Shown one piece after another: positions 32,930-37,270 of a stretch of 37,270 nt of DNA. Each line of letters opens with the position of its first letter. Positions within the stretch are counted from its first letter, which is position 1. A program made the position numbers and the translations under genes. Below the pieces are notes generated by a model. It worked only from the letters and a program-made list of their open reading frames with translations. It did no database searches and was not told the DNA's origin. Origin of the DNA: Gemmatimonadota bacterium (GTDB lineage Bacteria; Gemmatimonadota; Gemmatimonadetes; Gemmatimonadales; GWC2-71-9); NCBI GenBank assembly GCA_039591655.1, contig JBDHDE010000025.1, positions 1 to 37,270 of the forward strand. The letters run 5' to 3'.

Positions 32930-35095
32930 CTACGGTGCGGCTTCGAGCACCGCTTTGAGGTTCTCCATCACCCAGATCTGATCCTCCTGAACGTGGGTGG
33001 TGTAGGCGATCCTGTCGCCTGCCGGATGGATCGCGAACTCCCTAATGGGCTCCGACACGACGCCGAGCTGTTCCAGCTCGCCGCCCTCGACTGCCACCCG
33101 CAAGAACTCGCTCCCCTTATCACGACTCTGCAGCACCAGCACGTGGCGGCCATCCGGATCCCACTCGATCGCTTGCACCGTGCTGCCGTTTCCCGAAGCG
33201 TCGACCGTCGCCAGCTCTCGGACCCGGCCGTCGGTGAGGTGCGCCAGGAGGAGCCTGCCGCCGGACGCCGCTGTGTCGCCCTCGGCGGTGTCCGCCACCG
33301 CGAAGGCCACCCATTGCCCATCAGGCGAGAGGGCGAGCTGCCTGGGGGCAATGTGGGGATCGCGGTACAGCGGCCGCTCCTCGCCCGACTCGAGGTCCCG
33401 TATCCGCAGCTCGCCTTCCTTGACGCCCGAACCCCAGGGATTGGTGTGCGACTGAGCGTAGATGATTGACCGGCCGTCGGCGGACCAGATGCCACTAGTA
33501 CTCGACCACCAATTGAGCACGTCCTCCGAGAACTCCACCACGGCCGTGGCCTCACCGCTTTCCACGTCCACCCGATAGATGGCACCGGTGTAGCTGTCGC
33601 GCTCGTCGGTTTCGTCGTACCCCACCAGGAGGATCGCGCGTCCGTCCGGGGACCAGCGGGGCGTCCGGATGCTGAGGTGCTCCGCCAGGACCCGGTCCTC
33701 GCCAGTGGCGACATGGCGTACGTGGAGCCGCCTATAGTACACGCCGGTACCCGCCGTCGGATGCTCCTCGCTCATGTACGCCAGGTACTCGCCGTCGGGC
33801 GACCAATCAGGCATCCTGAGGGAGCCGATGAGGGGCTCTTCGTCATCCAGCATGATCTGCCCGGCCGCGGGATCGAAAGGAGCGATGCTGGTGGTGAAGC
33901 GACGGGTGGTGATGCTGTAGAACAGAGAGCCGTCGCTGGTGAATCCCATGGGCCTCACCTGGCCGATGTTACGCTTGAACGGCCACGGCCGGCCGTGAGG
34001 CGTGCCGTCCTCCACCCGCAGGGCCCACGCGTCCCACGTTCCCGACCGGTCGCTGAGGAACAGCACCTTGTCCGTCCCGGGCAGCCAGCCGAGGACCCTG
34101 TCGTTCGCGGGATGCTCGACCAGCGGCACTTCCCCGCTCCCATCCGTCGCGACCATCGCGACGTCGTACCTGCCTGGGTCGTTCTCCACCGGGTAGTCGA
34201 ATACCAGGTACCGGTCATCCGGCGAAAGGGAGAGCGTCAACCAGAAGCCGTCGTCGAACCCCTTGAGGGAGCGGACTGAGCCGTCGTCAGTGGAGACCCA
34301 CACGATCTCGAACGTCTCGCTGGGTCCGTCGTATTTTCCGCCAGCGATGTGCCGGCCGTCCCATGACCACGCGAACGGGAACATCTCGACGTCCCAACTG
34401 CCGTGTCTGGCCAACATGCGGGGCAACCCCCCGTCCACTCCAACTAGCCGTATGCCGATGCCGGAGTCGCCATGGGTCCACGAGTGCACCACCTGCTTCC
34501 CATCCGGCGACGTTTTCGCGGTTATCGTGAATTGCATGGGCGGCATCCACGTGCCGTCGGTCGTGAGGCGCCGCGATTCTCCGGTGACGATGTCGTACAG
34601 CCCCACGTCACCGGTCTCCCAGTGGCAGTACGACAGGTAGCGGCCGTCGGGCGAAGGGCTACCGCACGCATTGTCCCAGTCCAACTGCCGCACCACGATT
34701 CCGGAGGGCTCACCGGGCTGCGCTTCACCGCGGGCAAGCCGCTCGAGCGCCGCCAGCCGGGTCCGGGCCTCGGCGGCAATCTCCGCCTGATCGGCGTAGT
34801 CGGTCAGGACCTGCCGATAGGCCCGCTGCGCCTCGGCGCTCCCCAGCTTCTCGTAGCACTGCCCCAGCCACATCAGCGCCCGGGCCGCAACGGCGCGCTC
34901 CGTCGGATGCTGGCTCACCACCCCGCGGTAGAGCTCGATGGCCCGCTCCAGATCGCCGTCCACCTGCTCGGCGTGCCGCGCCGCCTGGAGCAGGACCTCG
35001 GCCTCACTGCGCTCCTGGGCCAGTGCACCCGATGCCGCTAGGAGAACGACGAGCACCAGGGCACTGTACGTAATCACCACTCGCTGCGTCCGCAT
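32930..35095 (-). CDS. Secreted protein: N-terminal TPR domain plus about 12 PD40/TolB-like beta-propeller repeats
   Basis: Signal peptide ending SGALA-Q. TPR-like GDLERAIELY..AARALMWLGQCYEKLG. Repeats SPDG/WSWDG/SPDD/WLPG/FTSDG/WSPDG/WSADG/WDPDG/HPAG. Start re-called to ATG 35095 (GAGGG RBS). Confidence 0.88.
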   Translation of the reverse strand: MRTQRVVITYSALVLVVLLAASGALAQERSEAEVLLQAARHAEQVDGDLERAIELYRGVVSQHPTERAVAARALMWLGQCYEKLGSAEAQRAYRQVLTDYADQAEIAAEARTRLAALERLARGEAQPGEPSGIVVRQLDWDNACGSPSPDGRYLSYCHWETGDVGLYDIVTGESRRLTTDGTWMPPMQFTITAKTSPDGKQVVHSWTHGDSGIGIRLVGVDGGLPRMLARHGSWDVEMFPFAWSWDGRHIAGGKYDGPSETFEIVWVSTDDGSVRSLKGFDDGFWLTLSLSPDDRYLVFDYPVENDPGRYDVAMVATDGSGEVPLVEHPANDRVLGWLPGTDKVLFLSDRSGTWDAWALRVEDGTPHGRPWPFKRNIGQVRPMGFTSDGSLFYSITTRRFTTSIAPFDPAAGQIMLDDEEPLIGSLRMPDWSPDGEYLAYMSEEHPTAGTGVYYRRLHVRHVATGEDRVLAEHLSIRTPRWSPDGRAILLVGYDETDERDSYTGAIYRVDVESGEATAVVEFSEDVLNWWSSTSGIWSADGRSIIYAQSHTNPWGSGVKEGELRIRDLESGEERPLYRDPHIAPRQLALSPDGQWVAFAVADTAEGDTAASGGRLLLAHLTDGRVRELATVDASGNGSTVQAIEWDPDGRHVLVLQSRDKGSEFLRVAVEGGELEQLGVVSEPIREFAIHPAGDRIAYTTHVQEDQIWVMENLKAVLEAAP

Positions 35096-35224
35096 GGCCT
35101 TACCCTCTGATCTCCAGGTTCGCGGCAAAGCTAGGACCCACCGGCCGACGGCGGATCGGCGGGGAGCGAAGGCCGCGTCACGCGAGCGCGGAGCCTCTGT
35201 CATGAGATCTCCACGGACCCACGC

Positions 35225-35899
35225 TCAGCCGTCGAACCGGTAACCCACGCCGCGCACGCCGACGATGTAGCGGGGCGCGGCGGGATCGTCCTCGACCTTC
35301 TTGCGCAGGTTGGCCACATGGGTGTCGACCACCCGGGGCGTGATCGCCGTGCCCTCGCCCCACACCAGGTCCGTGAGCTCCACCCGGCTCAGCACCCGGC
35401 CCCGGTGACGCACGAACATGGACAACAACTTCAGCTCCGTCGGCGTCACGTGGACCGGCTCCCCGCCCCGCCGCAGCTCGAACCGGGCGAAGTCCGCCTC
35501 CACATCGCCGAACCGGTATGTCACGGGATCGTCGCTCGCCGCCCGCCGCAGCACCGCCTTCACCCGGGCCCGCAGCTCCGCCGGGCTGAAGGGCTTGGTG
35601 ATGTAGTCGTCGGCCCCGAGCTCGAGTCCCATGACCTTCTCCGCCTCACGTGTCTTGGCCGTGAGCATGATGATGGGCGTCCGGACCCCACTGCGGCGCA
35701 GCTCCCGGCATACCTCGAAGCCATCCTTCCGCGGCAGCATGACGTCCAGCAGGATGAGATCGAACCCCTCCTGCTGGGCCCGAGCCGTGGCCGCCTCGCC
35801 GTCCCGCACCACCTCCACCGCGTAGCCCTCCAGCGCCAGATCGTCCTGGAGCCCCAGGGCGATCGCGGGATCGTCTTCCACCACCAGGATGCGGCTCAT
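35225..35899 (-). CDS. OmpR/PhoB-family response regulator
   Basis: ILVVEDD, phosphoacceptor LLDVMLP, MLTAK, GADDYITKPF, winged helix VDTHVANLRKK..VRGVGYRF. Confidence 0.97.
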   Translation of the reverse strand: MSRILVVEDDPAIALGLQDDLALEGYAVEVVRDGEAATARAQQEGFDLILLDVMLPRKDGFEVCRELRRSGVRTPIIMLTAKTREAEKVMGLELGADDYITKPFSPAELRARVKAVLRRAASDDPVTYRFGDVEADFARFELRRGGEPVHVTPTELKLLSMFVRHRGRVLSRVELTDLVWGEGTAITPRVVDTHVANLRKKVEDDPAAPRYIVGVRGVGYRFDG

Positions 35900-35902
35900 G
35901 GG

Positions 35903-37270
35903 CTACTCCTCCGTCAGCAGCCGGATCGTGAACGTGCTGCCTTCACCGACCTCGCTCTCAACCTCGATCTCGCCATGGTGGGCCTCCACGATGTGCTTCA
36001 CCATCGCCAGGCCGATGCCGGTCCCCTTGCGGCTGCTCGTGTGGGACGCCGCTCCCCGCACGAACTTCTCGAAGATCGTGCGGCGCTCCTCCGGGGCGAT
36101 CCCCGCACCGTGGTCGCGCACCCGCATGGTCACACCATGGTCTCCTCGCTCGACGTCGACCCACACGGTCTTGCAGTCCGGCGAGTACTTGACCGCGTTG
36201 TCCAGCAGGTTCCACAGCGCCCGGGAAAGGGCATCCTCGTCCGCCCGAACGTGGTAGGCGGCTTGAGGCACCTCCAGGACCACTTGGTGGCCCCCGTCTT
36301 CCAGCTCCGCCTGGAACTCTTCCACCACGTTCCTCGTGAGGGCCACGGCATCCACGGGCTGCCAATGAAACTCTAGGGCCCCCGCTTCCATGCGGCCGAA
36401 GTCCAGCAGGCCTTCCACCAGTCGATGCAGGCGCTCGCTCTCCCGTCGTATCACGTCGTAGTACTGGCCGCGGCGCTCCTCAGAGACGACGCGACCGCTG
36501 GCCAGCAACTCGGTGAGCTGCCGCATGGAGGTGAGGGGGGTGCGGAACTCATGGGATACCGCGGCCACGAAGTCGGACTGAAGCCGAGCCATCTCGAGCT
36601 CGCGGCTCACACCCCGCACCACCGCGTAGAGCCCGAGGAGGACGAGCAGGCCGAGCGCCACCAGGCCCCACGTCACCAGGCGGCGGCGCTCCGCCAACTG
36701 TGCCAAGTCCCCTCCCGGATCGGCGCTGGTGACGTGCAGGGTCCACGGCAATCGCGTCTCCGCGGCGGCCCGCACGACTCGCACCCCGGTAGCGCCACTG
36801 GCTACGGCGGTGGCGCCCGTGGTATCAGTCGTGACCCCGTGTCCCTCCGCATCCGACAGAGCGACCGCCACGCCCTCCCGGACCAGGATCGGCTCCAACT
36901 CACCCAGCCAATCCACCTCGAGATGCTCTCGCCCTCCCACCAAGCCTACGGTCCGCTCTGCCGAGCTGCGCCACACGACCAGCACCGGGCGATCCTCGAT
37001 CCAGACGATCTCGCGATCCCCGCTGGCCGACAGCTGCGACGCCTCCGACTGAGTAGCATCCCACAGCCACGCTACGCCTCCGGCCAATGCCCGTGCGGGG
37101 GCGACTGCGCTCTCTCCGCTCGCCGCAACCGGCTCACCGTCGCTGCGGCTGAAGCCCTCGACCTCCCGCGCATAGAACTCGAAGGCCGCCCTGGTGATGG
37201 GCCAGCGGCCGCCGTACAGGTCATCGCGGAGGGGCCCGGCCTCCCGCGTCGCAGCCGCCACCCGCCCCTG
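35903..37270 (-). CDS. Membrane sensor histidine kinase (N-terminus beyond the right edge)
   Basis: TM LVTWGLVALGLLVLLGLYAVV; H-box VSHEFRTPLTS; N-box NLLDNAVKYS; G1 DHGAGI; F-box IFEKF; G2 GTGIGL. The frame stays open to the window end. Confidence 0.95.
   Translation of the reverse strand, partial: QGRVAAATREAGPLRDDLYGGRWPITRAAFEFYAREVEGFSRSDGEPVAASGESAVAPARALAGGVAWLWDATQSEASQLSASGDREIVWIEDRPVLVVWRSSAERTVGLVGGREHLEVDWLGELEPILVREGVAVALSDAEGHGVTTDTTGATAVASGATGVRVVRAAAETRLPWTLHVTSADPGGDLAQLAERRRLVTWGLVALGLLVLLGLYAVVRGVSRELEMARLQSDFVAAVSHEFRTPLTSMRQLTELLASGRVVSEERRGQYYDVIRRESERLHRLVEGLLDFGRMEAGALEFHWQPVDAVALTRNVVEEFQAELEDGGHQVVLEVPQAAYHVRADEDALSRALWNLLDNAVKYSPDCKTVWVDVERGDHGVTMRVRDHGAGIAPEERRTIFEKFVRGAASHTSSRKGTGIGLAMVKHIVEAHHGEIEVESEVGEGSTFTIRLLTEE

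Noticed and set aside
1..37270. CRISPR arrays, rRNA/tRNA genes, IS elements, long tandem repeats
   Set aside because: None seen. Intergenic gaps are all short (about 210 nt or less), and the only long repeats are paralogous kinase domains.

Overview
This is a GC-rich, gene-dense bacterial window, most likely from Gemmatimonadota; that is an inference from the expanded 'ALADRYxIERELGxGGMA..DxKHDRxVAxKVLRPEL' Ser/Thr kinase family. I found no mobile elements, CRISPR arrays, rRNA or tRNA genes. Four paralogous Hanks-type kinases lie on the minus strand: two membrane-anchored (TolB_N-TPR and FGE-fold ectodomains) and two cytoplasmic (TolB_N-TPR). A co-oriented plus-strand run encodes, in order: a c-type-heme/HAMP receptor with no recognisable output domain, a reductive-dehalogenase-family protein fused to three N-terminal TM helices, a MacAB-type ABC system with two permeases, a Tat-exported PaoABC-like molybdoenzyme, an alpha/beta hydrolase, aspC-pckA, a small hypothetical gene and a GH20-PA14 hexosaminidase. 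Also present are MTH1187-pdxH, a Zn-dependent dehydrogenase, several small unknown genes, and a histidine kinase / OmpR regulator / secreted TPR-double-propeller module at the right edge. The best candidates for undescribed biology are the heme-receptor plus membrane-anchored RdhA pair (3368-6028), the kinase-FGE plus secreted hydrolase pair (21308-24296), and a T-x-P activation loop found only in the cytoplasmic kinases. Several start codons were re-called from RBS and overlap evidence. All family assignments come from motif recognition by eye, not database searches.
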